Numbered from the stretch's first letter, positions 11,651 through 24,401 are shown. The stretch is 64,000 nt of DNA from Perkinsus chesapeaki ATCC PRA-425 (GCA_013115145.1 JAAPAO010000068.1:1-64000); one strand, 5' to 3'. A program made the numbers and translations. Notes: generated from the sequence alone by a model not told the origin.

Positions 11651-13126
11651 GAAAAAAAACCTTTAGTGAGCGAACTGTCAGATTAAACCAGTAACGTAGC
11701 TCATAACTGTGGGAGCCGAAGCGTCATTTGTGCGGTGTTGTGTAGCACAGCAGCTCCTCCTCTGTGCCGTTCTGCTCCTTTTGTGTGGTTTACCTTGAAT
11801 CAGCTTTCATAGATAAGGGCTCGCGGATGAGGCTTGTGCTGGCTCGCCGCTTGCGCCGTGAAGTTCACTATTTCCACACAAGATGGCTCCCTCCGCACAA
11901 AGGCCACTCAGTGATCATTATGTGGTCATTTTCGCTACTATTTCTTTTCTATGATGACGCAGTGGCGCCAGTAGGGCTACTGTTATGCCAGCTGTGGCAT
12001 TCATCCATTTTTCTCGTTTAGAGCCCTTGTAGATCGGGCTACTCTGTCTCTCTATTGTCGAAAGAAAGGTGCGTGCGTGGGAGTTGGTCCGCACGCAGGC
12101 GATAGGCGCCATAATCGATTATTCCTTATAAAAGCTTCAGACCAACTTGGGCATAAGTGTCGAGTTGATAAACAGCGATCCTCGACCAGAATCGAGGATC
12201 AGAACTGTGTGTATCATTAGACGGAAGGGAGTAATCTCAAGTTGCTTATTATTTGCTATATAATTGCTGCATATTATTACGGTTTATTATTTGCTATATC
12301 AGCAATCCGTCATAGTCCGGTGTCATTCCTAAATCACCCATAATTCTTTCCTGATGTTCTTCGGGCGCCTCCGGCACCCAGCCCTCCGGGCTCCTCTAGG
12401 GACCTAGCAAGATTCGTGTTCAGCCGCGCGCCTGAAAGTCCCTAAGCTGCCTACATTATGCAGCTGCCTCGTGTCCCCTTAGTCTCAGGTTGAATTATAT
12501 TGAATATAGTACGCCATACGTGATCCTAATAAGACCCCCTCCAGTGGAGAGCCTCCATCTACTCGGCAAAATCTCCCCACACCTCTCGCATATCTTCATC
12601 TCACATACGTGTTCAAGTGTAGGTCAACTTCATTACTCGTCTACTATAACCGCAAAGTTTCACAGCTCAAAAAAGCCGCACGGAAGTTCTCACATAGATT
12701 GTCAGCGTTAGGATAAAATTGCCCAATTTTAAGTATCATTAGTAATATACTGCCCACCGCTGTTCATTACCCATTACCGTAGCTATAATAGGAGGAACCA
12801 AGGAAAAACCCTACGAACCATGGACGCCTGTTCAGGGCTTAAATTTCAGGTTGATGGTATTGAAAATGCTATTTTTACGAAAAAATGGCCCCTTTTGAAA
12901 ATTTCCCTGGTACGGTCTAGCGAGGTCGCCACAGCAGAAGCGACCTTCTTTGCGAAAATTCCTTGGAGTATCTCTAAAAATTTGTTCCCTTGCCAACTTA
13001 TATGAGTTTACTTCCCCTCCAGATTAACGGTGCACCCAGGAGCTTGTTTTTGCCCATAATAGAAACGATACAAATGATTCAGTTCTCCAATAGTAGCATA
13101 ATACAGTACAATAGCGCAGGCGAATG

Positions 13127-15290
13127 TTACTCGACAGGCGGCAAGTGGGTGTCGCTCTGTCGGCCGCTGTATGGCTGCGCGGTCTTCTCATCGAACCCAA
13201 AGGAAGGCTCTCCCGCAGATCCCGCAGCAAACGGCGTTGGGGCCGGAGGAAGGCATACCGTGTCTCCCATTGATAAATCAATGTCCCAGTTGTATCTGAC
13301 CAGCTACGAGCTAGCAGCTCGAGGCAACGGCAACAACTAGCTTACCTGAAGCTCGCGTGTAGGCGACGATTGACCCAATAGAAGACATAAAGGACAGCTA
13401 ATTGGGGAACAAGTAGGCTGAAGCCTCGAGTCAGAATGAACCTGAGAAACCACATAGGAATCCCTCCGAACTCCGTCACTTACGCAGCAGTCTCCGCCCA
13501 TGGAGCATGAGCAAGAAAGTGCTCACAACTCTTAACGACCTCATCTCCTTCATCTTTCCTGGCGGCGATTATCAGTACTATGTCCCACACGACGGTTATG
13601 AATGCAGCTAGGGCCTCGAGGCCTACCAAAACCTACACTCAACCACATCTCCAATATGCATTCCGAGGAGAAGCAATTTTACTAGTGCAAGAAGGAAGCG
13701 AGATATATTTTACTTGCACAATTTAATGTCCCCCTCTACGATAGCAAGGTCGCCCACGTACTCCAGTGTAGAATGTTAAATGGATTCACCCAGGGATTAC
13801 GGGTATGACGGTTATATATAGCACCATGAAAGCGGATATACAGGATGATGATGATGATAAGAAAGTCTCAACAACTAGTACATTTCGACGTGAAAGACAG
13901 CCAAGTACAGGCGCAGTTTTCTCCAGGAGGGGTGGGTACTTTATTCGATCACCCTGTATGATACACTAATGGCTTATATAAGTGTAATGTAAATACATAC
14001 CGTATAATAGTGTTGTGCGACGTAAGGCGCCTCCATAACGTTCGTAATAGGCAGCCGCTTCTCCAGCCTTCGCACGAAGGCCAATTAGAATATTGCAACC
14101 GACAACAAACGCGGAGGTCCAGGAATCGCTTCAAAAATCTTTGAATCGCTACTTGAATGTATTAATGCCAACCTCTACAGCTACTACCAGTAGATTCTTC
14201 CGTGTTCGCTCCATGCCCTCGGCTTCAACTATCCCGGCTCCGGGCAAAACCGGCGAAGGTGAAATGTCCGAATCGACGGACATCCCGTGTGGCCGCGCTG
14301 CCCGCATCGAGCGCCTGAGAGAGAGCTCGCTCGGTGGCTCACTTGGTGCCTCGTCTTCTTACCTTCCGATGACATCCCCCACGAGAACGCTCTGAGATTC
14401 TCGTCGAGACAGAGACCGCAGCTTGCTTTCTCGATACATTTTAACTGAGGGAGATTCTCGAAAGAACTAGATGAGAAACTTCTTACAGGACACTATAACG
14501 AGGGACAGTGCCACAATAAGCCACAAAACTGACATTATCAACCACGAAGAATCTGATCAGAATACCTACCGGGCAATCGTCGCCCAGGCCCCTACCTCGG
14601 CAAACGTCCTTGCTCGGCTTCATTACAAAGGCTGCAAATAGATAGATGAGAACCACCGCTATCGCCACGCCAAGAAACGCTCGATGGAGGGACCTAACGT
14701 GGATGACTTCGTAACACGTAGAAGAAAATTGGCCGCCGACTCCTGGTGCGCAGTGAACCCGGTAAGCTGCAGCAAGTGCTTTCTAATCTCCGCGGAGGAT
14801 TGACTTCTCGATAATTCGATTTTGTGAACTCGTAAGGTACAGGGGAATCAGAGAAAAGGTGTAGATTTTTTGGATAACATTCTCAGCAATGCGAACCTCT
14901 CGGTGCCTCGCCACTGGAGGCTTTCAGGAGAAACTTTTTAGAAGAATCCGGCAGGTGCTGGAGGGAGACCGAACTACCGAGCGGCCTGCAAATTCCACAT
15001 CCTCCGAGCCCACCGGTAGCCTACAGACTGTAGGAAAGCAAGCCGTGGTGGTGTTGCTGCTGCTTACACTGAGTTGTGTACGAGAGGGTCCAGCTGACGT
15101 TGGCCGGCAAGGAGGAGCCAACAGATGAGCAAAGTCTGCAGTATCTTGACCGTTCGAATGAAGAGCTCGAGGCCGATAGATTCTGCGAAGGCGTAATAGA
15201 CGAAGCCAAGGAAGCACTGGACGAAGGACTGAAACAGAAGACGAACTATTAGTGATTCTAAGGTCGTCATAGACAACAGTGTCAACAAGG
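13127..15290 (-). CDS. Hypothetical multi-pass membrane protein (7TM-like hydrophobic pattern)
   Basis: Spliced hydrophobic exons include FLGVAIAVVLIYLFAAFVMK, VLVGLEALAAFITVVWDIVLIIAAR and FILTRGFSLLVPQLAVLYVFYWVNRR, followed by a tail YNWDIDLSMGDT...LPPVE*. The 5' end is uncertain. Confidence 0.6.
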
Positions 15291-15469
15291 ATCAGACGGT
15301 ATGACAGGACCCTAGGAGAGCGACGTCAATATGACGGTAGCAACTTTCTCCAGTGCACAAAGGGAAGTCTTGTACTGCAATGATCACTATTGATCTATTA
15401 GATCTATTCATCTACTCGGGGCTAAAACGACGCGGCTAAACGCGTCGTTACGTTACGGGCTAAACGGAA

Positions 15470-15617
15470 ATTTCCAGCAATGCTCCTCACTGAAACGGAA
15501 ATTTTCAGCAATGCTCCTTCACTGAAAGGGGTATTTTCAGCAATGCTCCTTCACTGAAAGGGGTATTTTCAGCAATGCTCCTTCGCTGAAAGGGATATCT
15601 TTATCAATACTCCCTAG
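15470..15617. repeat. Intergenic 32-bp tandem repeat, about 4.5 copies, hairpin-forming
   Basis: Unit attttcagcaatgctccttcactgaaaggggt at 15501, 15533 and 15565, with a 31-bp variant at 15470. Each unit holds a tttcag...ctgaaa inverted repeat. Confidence 0.9.
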
Positions 15618-15780
15618 TATAAAGTTTATATATTATGAGCTCCTATTTCTATTAAGGCTCTGCCTAGGAGCGGCGACTCTGCATTGCATTTCTAGGCCTT
15701 CCTACAAAGGCAGTCATACCTCGGCAAAGTCAACTACATTGCTAAATAGCCTTCCTTAACGACGGAAATTTCGCTAAGAC

Positions 15781-17020
15781 TCATCGCAATCCCCTTTTAT
15801 TTCCGAGTCCGATCGACGATGAGCTCCAGAGTAGGTCCCTAACCAGCTCCGTTACCAGTGATATGATGAGGACATCAGGAGTCTCCGGTTTAAGGGGGCT
15901 TCGGAATAGCAGCTGCCGAAGGGCCACAAGACAGCAGATCGCCAGGAACAAGCTGCTGAGGCCGAGGGTGTAGTCCCGAGCGCAGTCTAGTGGCTCGCAT
16001 GTTAAGGAGAAAACCATCTGTCGTACTAGAGGTTAGTAGGGATCTTCCGTACTTCTTCACAGGAGAATTTAAGGCCGTAATTTCACATTGTAAAATCATT
16101 TTATAGGGAACTTTTTAGCCTCCTTCCAGATTATGCAGTCGTTGCGACGAATGACTAGACAACACAACATGAGCTTCACCTCCATTAACGAGCCGCATAA
16201 CTTCTTTGATAAAACAGCTATGATGCAATCTATAATAATAGTAGGCAGTAGCAGCCGCAGCAGTCAAACAATCGATCGTCTTCTTAAGCCAGAAATGTTA
16301 ATGACAGAGGATCAGCAATGAAAGGTAGTAGCGTTTTGACAACAGCTATCACTGAGCAATTTAACTTCCTCTCGGCGATCTCAGTTATGAAACAACAAGA
16401 GTCATGAAAAGCTTTCTTTTTTCGTCAGCTCACAGGTTGGGGAATCATAGGCACGTCGAAGCTGCCTGGAGAGCCAGGATCCAAGGGCGACCTGAAGACG
16501 GAAAAATTCATCACGATTCCAGTACCTCAACCTACCCAGAGCGAACAACGGCGCTGCGAGTCTGACCAGCGCACATTCTGTGTGCATTACTGATAGAAAT
16601 GGTCGACAGAATATGAGGCCTCTCAACGGCCGGTATCGGCAGCATCGGCCTGGGAAGGATGGCCGATCCACAACTCGGAGGCGGTGGACTATAGCTGATC
16701 TCGTTTCGGACTGCATGGGCACCACCGTAATAGGGAACGTTCTAAACAAGCAGAAATGATGCCGAGCTGCGAGTAACAAGTGGCTCACCTCCCTGACTTG
16801 TTCAGAATACACTTCTCCTTGAGCTTTCACCAATACCCTCATCGTCTCTGGTGAATACTCGTGCGAGTTCACAGCCAGTTCGCGACGCCTCAGCACCAAA
16901 TGACTTGGGGACGACGGGGACGGCACCCTCGCGATGAGAGAAGTCGCTGCCGGTGAGAAAACAGGAAAGACAGCTTCAAAGGCATCAGCTGATTCCTGCA
17001 TGCCAACAGCCGCCATTATT
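15781..17020 (-). CDS. Hypothetical multi-exon protein
   Basis: Long open frame MAAVGMQESADAFEAVFPVFSPAATSLIARVP...VYSEQ with downstream GT-AG junctions. No recognised domain. Confidence 0.4.
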
Positions 17021-17524
17021 ACTACTATCAAACTAAGGTACGAAGCAGGGTAAGTAAAACCGTCAGAAAGGCTATGTAGATACTGCCAGTGTCCAAGGAC
17101 GACCGAATATAGCTGTTGACAGAGATACAGATTACATCCATTATAGCTTATCGGTGAACTCCGGTTCATAACTCAATATCAAATACAGCTAAAGAAAAAG
17201 ATTGAGAAGTACGGATGGTTGGTAATTGTGCCAAGTTTAGTAAGGTAAGTGATCCGATGATTCTAAGATCTTTTGACACACAACGAAGCTTCAAGTTTGG
17301 CGAGGGATGGTGGGTCAAATTAATGGTACAACCTCATAATGGTTGCCGAAGGGCAATGTGCGGATGATAAGACCGACGGGTGGTGATAGGATATGAGCCC
17401 ACATAAATGCTGGTTCCTTAGGCCGAACTCAGGGCTAGTGCGTAGTTGCCAAACATTCGATATGAGAAAATGAAGGTTTATTGCTTCGCTGAAGAACCAT
17501 CTCGAGCGAGGCGGTAGCGGACCT

Positions 17525-18559
17525 CTAAATGTGAAACACAGGACAGCTTTGATCTTCAAGGGCGTTGCGCGAATCCTGCTTAGTGCGGTGCTTGATATCC
17601 AAAAGTAATGATGTCGACAAGCTGGGAATCTGCCTCATCACCGAATAGTCACGGTAGTTGTATTCGCGATGCTTCTCATCAGCACTATTAATCGGTGCTC
17701 TCCCATCTACCGGAAAAGGGTAAACACTTGAAAACGGATGCGCAGCCAGAATACCGTAATTCTTGGCTGGCCAGTTGTCGCTTTCCACCGTACCGATTGC
17801 TGAAGATGTATCCTCCTGAGAACTACCATCACCATTAGAGGCACTAGCCAAAGCATCCACGACCGCGCGATTAGCCAAAGAAGCAGCTTCGATAAAGGCA
17901 GAGTCAAGTGGCAGCTTACCATACCCAGACTCATTGGTATGCGGAGGCGACTGTAGCCAGCCAATGTGTGATGTACGGGGGGCATAGCTTTCAGTACCAT
18001 GGTAATACTCAGGGAGCCGTCGACTCCCTTCGGCGAGAAGCTGGTTAATAACCTGCATTCCAGCGTCAGAGGAGCTTAGTGGAGAAGCCGATGCCCATTT
18101 GTATGCCAGAAGACTATCACATATGGCTTCTTTAATGCTCACATCAGAGCGGCCACCGGAAGACCGGCGTTTTTGTGGACTGTTACCAAGTCTCTTTTTC
18201 CTCATCTTCCGTTGGGCTTGATCAGCTTCTCCGATAGCAACAGCAATTTCACCAAGCCCGATCGCCTCTGCGATCTGATGTAGTTGCGGTACAGTTGCGA
18301 AGCGTATCTGAAAGACATACAGATATTATTCCAGACGAACCGCCGCCGTATATACCCTTACGGGTGCGATCTTATTAGCAACGTCTCGAAGGTGAGGAAG
18401 AGCTTGTAGTTTGCGAGTGATCTCCCGTCTGAGCACATCTCGACCATTATTGCCGAGACTAGTCTTGCGAGATTGCGGGAAGGCCTCCGTCTCTCGCGTG
18501 CCAGAATGCGGATCCGGTGACCCAAAAAACTGCTGGCATGTTGCGGAGGCGAAATCCAT
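17525..18559 (-). CDS. Helical-domain family member A (putative DNA-binding regulator)
   Basis: SLGNNGRDVLRREITRKLQALPHLRDVANKIAP | intron 18361-18308 | IRFATVPQLHQIAEAIGL, followed by basic RKMRKKR and an S/T-rich tail. Confidence 0.7.
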
Positions 18560-19193
18560 AATGTAACCTGCCTGAGTTGAGAAAATCCCGCAGAGAAAGC
18601 AACTAAAGCGTCTCTAATAATTGAGGTGGAAACCTGATAGAGGTAAAGAGTTAAGACGATGACTAGGCCAGCCGGAGCCGTCTCCGGGCTGTGGGAGGGG
18701 ATGAGTATCATACTCAGGTCCTGTCTCCATATCCAATACCCAATATTTCTGTACGTAAATAATAGAGACTATGATCCCTTATGATGATCTGAGCACTATA
18801 AAAGCCAGCTGGGAACCGGCAACAAGCCCGACAACGACGAGCAATGCAGTTCGCCGTAGTAGAATATGCCGTTGAGAAATGGCATACAATATTCGCCGAT
18901 CGCCGATATCGGTCACACTGGACAAAAGGGTGCCAGATGATACTATTAAGGTGGTTAACGTCGTATGGTAGTAGCCTAATGTGTGGACTTGAACGTATTT
19001 ATATTCCGGAATGGTAGTAGTAGCACAGAAGAAGGATTATCGACACCAGCTTCCGCAACAACAGAAAATGATTGCATAAATAATGATGACCGTAGCCAAA
19101 AGCATATCCAAGGAACCGCCGACAAGCCTAAGTAGTTAAAATGTTACTGTTTGAGGGCGGTGGAATTACAATAATGTCAGAGTGTGCACCAAC

Positions 19194-20117
19194 TCAAAAG
19201 AATTCTACGGCAGGTCCCACAAAAGCACGTGCGCAGTAGGAGAGAAGTCTGAGCTCCTCATTATCAGCGCAGGGATAAATAGGTGCAGAGAGTTCAACAA
19301 CACCGTCACAAGTTGAGACCGACTGAGTGCTTTGGTTGTTGTTGTTCTGCTGTTGGCCAGAAGTAAGGGTCCTTAAACCGATAATATCTTGTTCAGAGAT
19401 GCCATTAGAACTTGAAGCTCTGCTTGTAATGTCCAAAAGACACAAGTCAGTTAGAGTGCAACCAGGTATACTGAAAGCCTCGTGCCCTTCCACAAGCCGG
19501 CAAGGACTCCCCAACTCGTAGCCACCAGTTGAATAAGCCACTGTCCCATAATCGGTACTAAACGTATCCGGGGAGGATTGTATGGTAGAAAAGTTAGAAC
19601 AGGTTATATAGCCTGTAGAGCCTGTTTGGGGCGTAACACCGCCGCGATTATTAATAAGAGTAGCATCAGCTGCTGCTGAATTCCTAATGGGACTGCTCCA
19701 AACACCGTTCTGAAGAGAGACATGCGATGTAGTCATCCATTGTTGAAGCATGTTACTTACTTGTTTGAGAGTAGACGAGAAGGCCTTAGCACTATGGACG
19801 AAGTTGTTCAATCCTGCAATGGACGCCATTTGGACCAGCTCCGGAACTGTCGCCTCTCGAATCTGACAACAAAGTAGACAAAATAACAACAAAATGTCTT
19901 TCTTCTGGCTGCTGCTGCTCACCCTAGCAATCTTCTTGCATTCCTTTCGCACGTGAGAGTCGTTCTTCATAACCTTCGCCAACATGGTGCGCAGCATGCG
20001 TCTGCCCACTACACCAAGAGACACTTTCGTGAACTGGGGCAAGGATGGCAATGAAGTATGGCAATTCGGTGTGGTATCGTGGGCACCAGGGGCAGGAGGA
20101 GACGGAAATGGTAACAT
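19194..20117 (-). CDS. Helical-domain family member B
   Basis: SLGVVGRRMLRTMLAKVMKNDSHVRKECKKIAR | 60-nt intron 19922-19863 (read through in the ORF track) | IREATVPELVQMASIAGL. Confidence 0.7.
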   Translation of the reverse strand: MLPFPSPPAPGAHDTTPNCHTSLPSLPQFTKVSLGVVGRRMLRTMLAKVMKNDSHVRKECKKIARVSSSSQKKDILLLFCLLCCQIREATVPELVQMASIAGLNNFVHSAKAFSSTLKQVSNMLQQWMTTSHVSLQNGVWSSPIRNSAAADATLINNRGGVTPQTGSTGYITCSNFSTIQSSPDTFSTDYGTVAYSTGGYELGSPCRLVEGHEAFSIPGCTLTDLCLLDITSRASSSNGISEQDIIGLRTLTSGQQQNNNNQSTQSVSTCDGVVELSAPIYPCADNEELRLLSYCARAFVGPAVEFF

Positions 20118-20942
20118 TTCAACACAGGAAAAGCCTGACGGTTATTAAAGTTATCCGGTACCGCCGTCGAAAACAACTCAACAATGGCCGAAGCTACTAT
20201 ACTGCTAAAAAAAGTCAATAGTCTAAGGCAACGGACTTAAGATACGAGTAGAATGCACCGTTACCTCATAGAACACCAACAACGTCTTGTGCTACCCCAC
20301 AAAAAGATAGCAGTAGTTTCCAGTAATGCAGAAAAACGCCTCGCTGCGAGGCCGAAAGTAGTCCCCCGCTAAGTAAGTCCAATAGTGAGCTTCCTCCTTA
20401 CTCGTCAATGAGTAGAGGCGAACGATGATAATGAAACAGTATATCTGGCATAGTTTATTTTTACTACGAGACGCCAGCATACTTCTATACCGAGTTGATC
20501 CTCTTTATTCTCAATCTCATCTCCCTACACATACGATTCAAGTACCGGCCGTTTATATTCTCGCCATCTTGGCAAAAAAGATGTAACAATAATAATAATG
20601 GTGATAAGCAATTGTACTTAAGCAAAGGGGCAAATAAACATAAGTATAAAACGAGACTATTGAAATCCCATAAGGTAAACGTAAGGCATTAAGTCCAAAG
20701 TGTTCAGTAAGTTATAGCCCCTAATGCAAGAGACGTCAGAGAATTGGTAAATTGCTCCAATATAATCTTAGTGAGAAGGTAGAATCAACAGCTGTACATG
20801 TAGTATTAAAGATCTTTACGACCACCGAACAACATAGAGCTTGCCGCCGCCATGTTAACATGGCGGCGGCACCACTTCCATCATTATTATCATAGCAATT
20901 ACCATCTAGGGTGATCGCAAGTAGTAAGAGTCGTAGAATCGC

Positions 20943-22046
20943 TCAATCTCGCATAGGGAATATGCCACCAAGTGAGCACCAAGTACTGCTGCCAGCCGTG
21001 GATAATGATGATGAGGTGAAAGGGTTGCTTCTAACCGGACAGGGCGCCAACGAATCACCTAAATAATTATTAGACGGCGGCGGCGGCGGCGGTGGCGTTG
21101 AAGATGATGATACTGCTGGAGCATCTCGGCAAGTCCCGTTTTGATGAGATTGATTATAAATTAAAGGGTTGTCAAAGATGTTGAGCTCGGCTGTTTCGTA
21201 GTTATCATCGTCAGTAGGCTTGCAGCCGTTACAGGCTCCAGACAGCGAAGAAGAGCTCTGTACACCAGACTCCCACGAGGCTTCAGAGGGGTCCGTTATA
21301 GCAGCTCCCAAGTCACCGATACCAGATTCCGTCGGCTTATCTTTACTAGTGGCAGCGTCAAGTAGTTTCAGATCGGGAAGTGGACGATGAAGATGTGCAG
21401 TTAGGAAGAACGAGCGGATGTCCTCTTGGCCAGGCTGAAAGCAACGCAGAGTTATACCTTCTCAGACACTGTTTCTTTCTTACTGGTGATGCGTCTCTTG
21501 CGACTCGAAGGGTATCTCCTTCATCATGAACGTTCTCCCAAAGCTTCTCTCTATCCAACTCAATCGTAGGATCCATTTGTCTTATAGCGTCTTCAGCTAC
21601 CTCGCGCTCGCCAACGATCTCGCACATTCGCAGCAACTGCTTAACTGTTGCTGATTTCACCTGAACAGAGCTCAACTCCGCTCAACTATCGACTTAACTG
21701 ATGCACCCACCGTTGAGACTTGGCGGCACCTTTCGCGAAGCTCTGGCTTCTCCAGCAGGGCTTTTGCTATTGCAGACCGAACCAGTCTTCGACCGTTATT
21801 GCCCAAACGCAATGCCTTCTCGCCGAGCATAGTCTTCGTACGCGGCTTTTTAGCCGAACAGTTTCTCTTCTTGAGTGAGCTCCCAGTTGAAAGGGTGTCA
21901 TCGAGAGCCCATGTTGTACAGGACGAGGGTTTGAGGTCTTCGACGCTCGGTAGCTCTTCTAGCTTAAAACACGGTGGATCAAAAAGAGAGCCAAGATCGG
22001 CCAATGATGAATTTGTTGGAGAGTTTTGACGAAGATAAAGGGACAT
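20943..22046 (-). CDS. Helical-domain family member C
   Basis: RLGNNGRRLVRSAIAKALLEKPELRERCRQVST | intron 21710-21661 | VKSATVKQLLRMCEIVG. A second gtaag intron joins it to the 20943 ORF, which has a Pro/Ser-rich tail. Confidence 0.7.
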
Positions 22047-23186
22047 TGTGTTCAGTGTTGCCCAAACCTAAGTCAGAAAGAGTGGAGCAACAACAACACG
22101 CCCAACACAATACTGTTAAAGGAAGATAACGTTCTTAAGTGAACGAAGATGACGAAACAAAGGTATAAGTGAATAGTCAGGACGTAGCAACATTGCCACC
22201 AAGGCCGCAATGATTACCGGCGAAATCCAACACTTTGCATTCCACCGGCAATTGTGCAATTCAACTGCAGCTGCGATGTCGTCTACAATTGTGCCTTTGC
22301 TGCACTACGCCCAAACTGCATATTATTAAGTTATTGTACAATAATGGTAGAGGGGCTCATTAACAACGACGATGGCCGCGAGTGGCCAGAATCGTAAAGT
22401 AGCGGCGGCCGCAGTAGTAGCAATACCGTAATTACGCCACTCATCATCACCAACCAATTTAACGCTCATAATGTCGATGGTCAACCAGAGAGAGCGTTTT
22501 GTAGGAATTAACGGTTCACAGATTTTCATGATGACAAGCCACCGCTAAAAAGCATGAAGAGATAATAAGAGTAAATAGCACGCAGACCTGTATCATTGGC
22601 ATACCAAACCCGAGGTTATACGGAAAGAGAAAATAGTATCACACTTGATCTGCCAAATAATAACTGAGGCGGCCCCCGAATAGTCGAGACCGTGGTGGTG
22701 GTGGTTCTCGATAGCCGATTATTCCATATCGGCAATCGTAATGCCAGTAGCAGCGAGAGTGAAGGTAGTAGTGGGGGGGGGCATGAAGATGGTAGTAGTC
22801 CGTCCTAGCGGTCCTTAACCATTGAAGCAGATATCATTCCGAGTGAAAAGTATTACCGAACATATGTGTTGTAACAGCATCTATAGGCCATTTTGATGAC
22901 ACTGTACATGCGCTGCACTTAAGAGTCGCAAACGATTAAAACGAAATTATACATGTTGATGATAACCGAGATAGTGAAAGGGTAATGATAGTACCCCAAG
23001 TAGGCTTTGATAATAGTAGGATTACCGTCTCATACGATATAAATCGAAATGCACCCCAAAAGCGTATAGTACACTAACAACCAACAGAGGAAGGGGACAG
23101 CGCTCACCATACATATCTGCACGTGCGGGAAGACCACTGATGCAGCAGCATCAACAGCAACAGCAGCTCTTCCTAGTAGTATCGAG

Positions 23187-23840
23187 CTAAAAGTTTTGAG
23201 GCGGTCTCGATATATCATCAGCCAGCAGCTCCAAGAAGCTCTTATCTGAAGACTGGTGCTCAAGCCACAGGGGAAAGGATGGTGTTGCGGTAGGTAGTCC
23301 CATGCTGGTAGTAGTTGAAGAGTCATTGAAAGACGAGGTTGATATAGCGGCGTTGGAGGTGGCCGAATGTGCTCCTGTATTAGAGGATGCTGTTGGCGAA
23401 CGTTCCACAAAAGCCGAGGTACTGGTCGGTGTTGAGATACGCAGACGGGAGCTATGCATCGCCTGAGACGCTGCGTTCTCTTGGGAAATAAGAATAGCTC
23501 GATCGAGAGTCCCGGTGATGACGCACATCTCGAGCAGCTGAGACTTTGTGGCTTTCTTTATCTGAATACAAGACACAAATAACTCGACAAAATGCGCCTA
23601 CCTGTCCCCATATAGGAGACAGCCTCAAGAAAGGACAATCCACACAAACCAAGATTGATACCATATTCGCGGTGGTCTATTAACTTGCATCCCGAGTAGT
23701 ATTACATCTGGAGCAACCGATTTGCAGACGGCCCTCAGTTCCGGGTTAGCGCGCAGGGCTCTCGATATCTCCTTTCGCACTTTTTGACGCCCGGTGTTTC
23801 CTAAAGGTAGTCGAGGGTTAACAGGATAAGGCGAAACCAT
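23187..23840 (-). CDS. Helical-domain family member D
   Basis: PLGNTGRQKVRKEISRALRANPELRAVCKSVAPD | intron 23705-23562 | IKKATKSQLLEMCVITG, followed by an S/T-rich tail. The start is uncertain. Confidence 0.65.
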
Positions 23841-24401
23841 TAGCCGATAATAATAAGCCTGACAAGGTCCCCTTATAATAGCAGCAAGCATCAACCTAAG
23901 ATACTCCCGCGAAATAACCACCCCCACCGACTAAGAATTCCTATTGGCATTCTTTATGGCAAAACAAGCAACGACATGAGTCATGTCACCATAATGTCGA
24001 TAATGATATTATAAAGGGCGTCACGTGAGCAGCGTCTGCATACCCTAAAGGATAACGTGAAGTCGAGACGCAACTTCCCTGGTGCTCGCGTACAATTTCG
24101 AGAAAGCGCGCGCCATTATAATCGATTATATTCTTAGACTCGCGTTCAGCTCCTGATGATCATATTAACGAAATGCTGCTTACACTGGCTTCCTGTGCTC
24201 TTAGATATCTTGAACGCGTCGAAGCGTAACCCGGGATACTCATACCGATCTCTCCGTCAGAAAATACGCTCTAGGAGGTGTTTTATCTTCAGCTCCTATT
24301 CATCCATACACCAGGCTTTTGCCTTTGCATATCATATTGGTACGTACTAACCGGAATAATGGCAGTCTGTAGAGCGTTGAACCATTTTTGGATAGTAGCA
24401 C

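Noticed and set aside
15470-15617. CRISPR array (32-bp palindromic repeats)
   Set aside because: The units are contiguous with no spacers, there are no cas genes, and the context is eukaryotic. The same applies to the 49-bp and 88-bp repeats.
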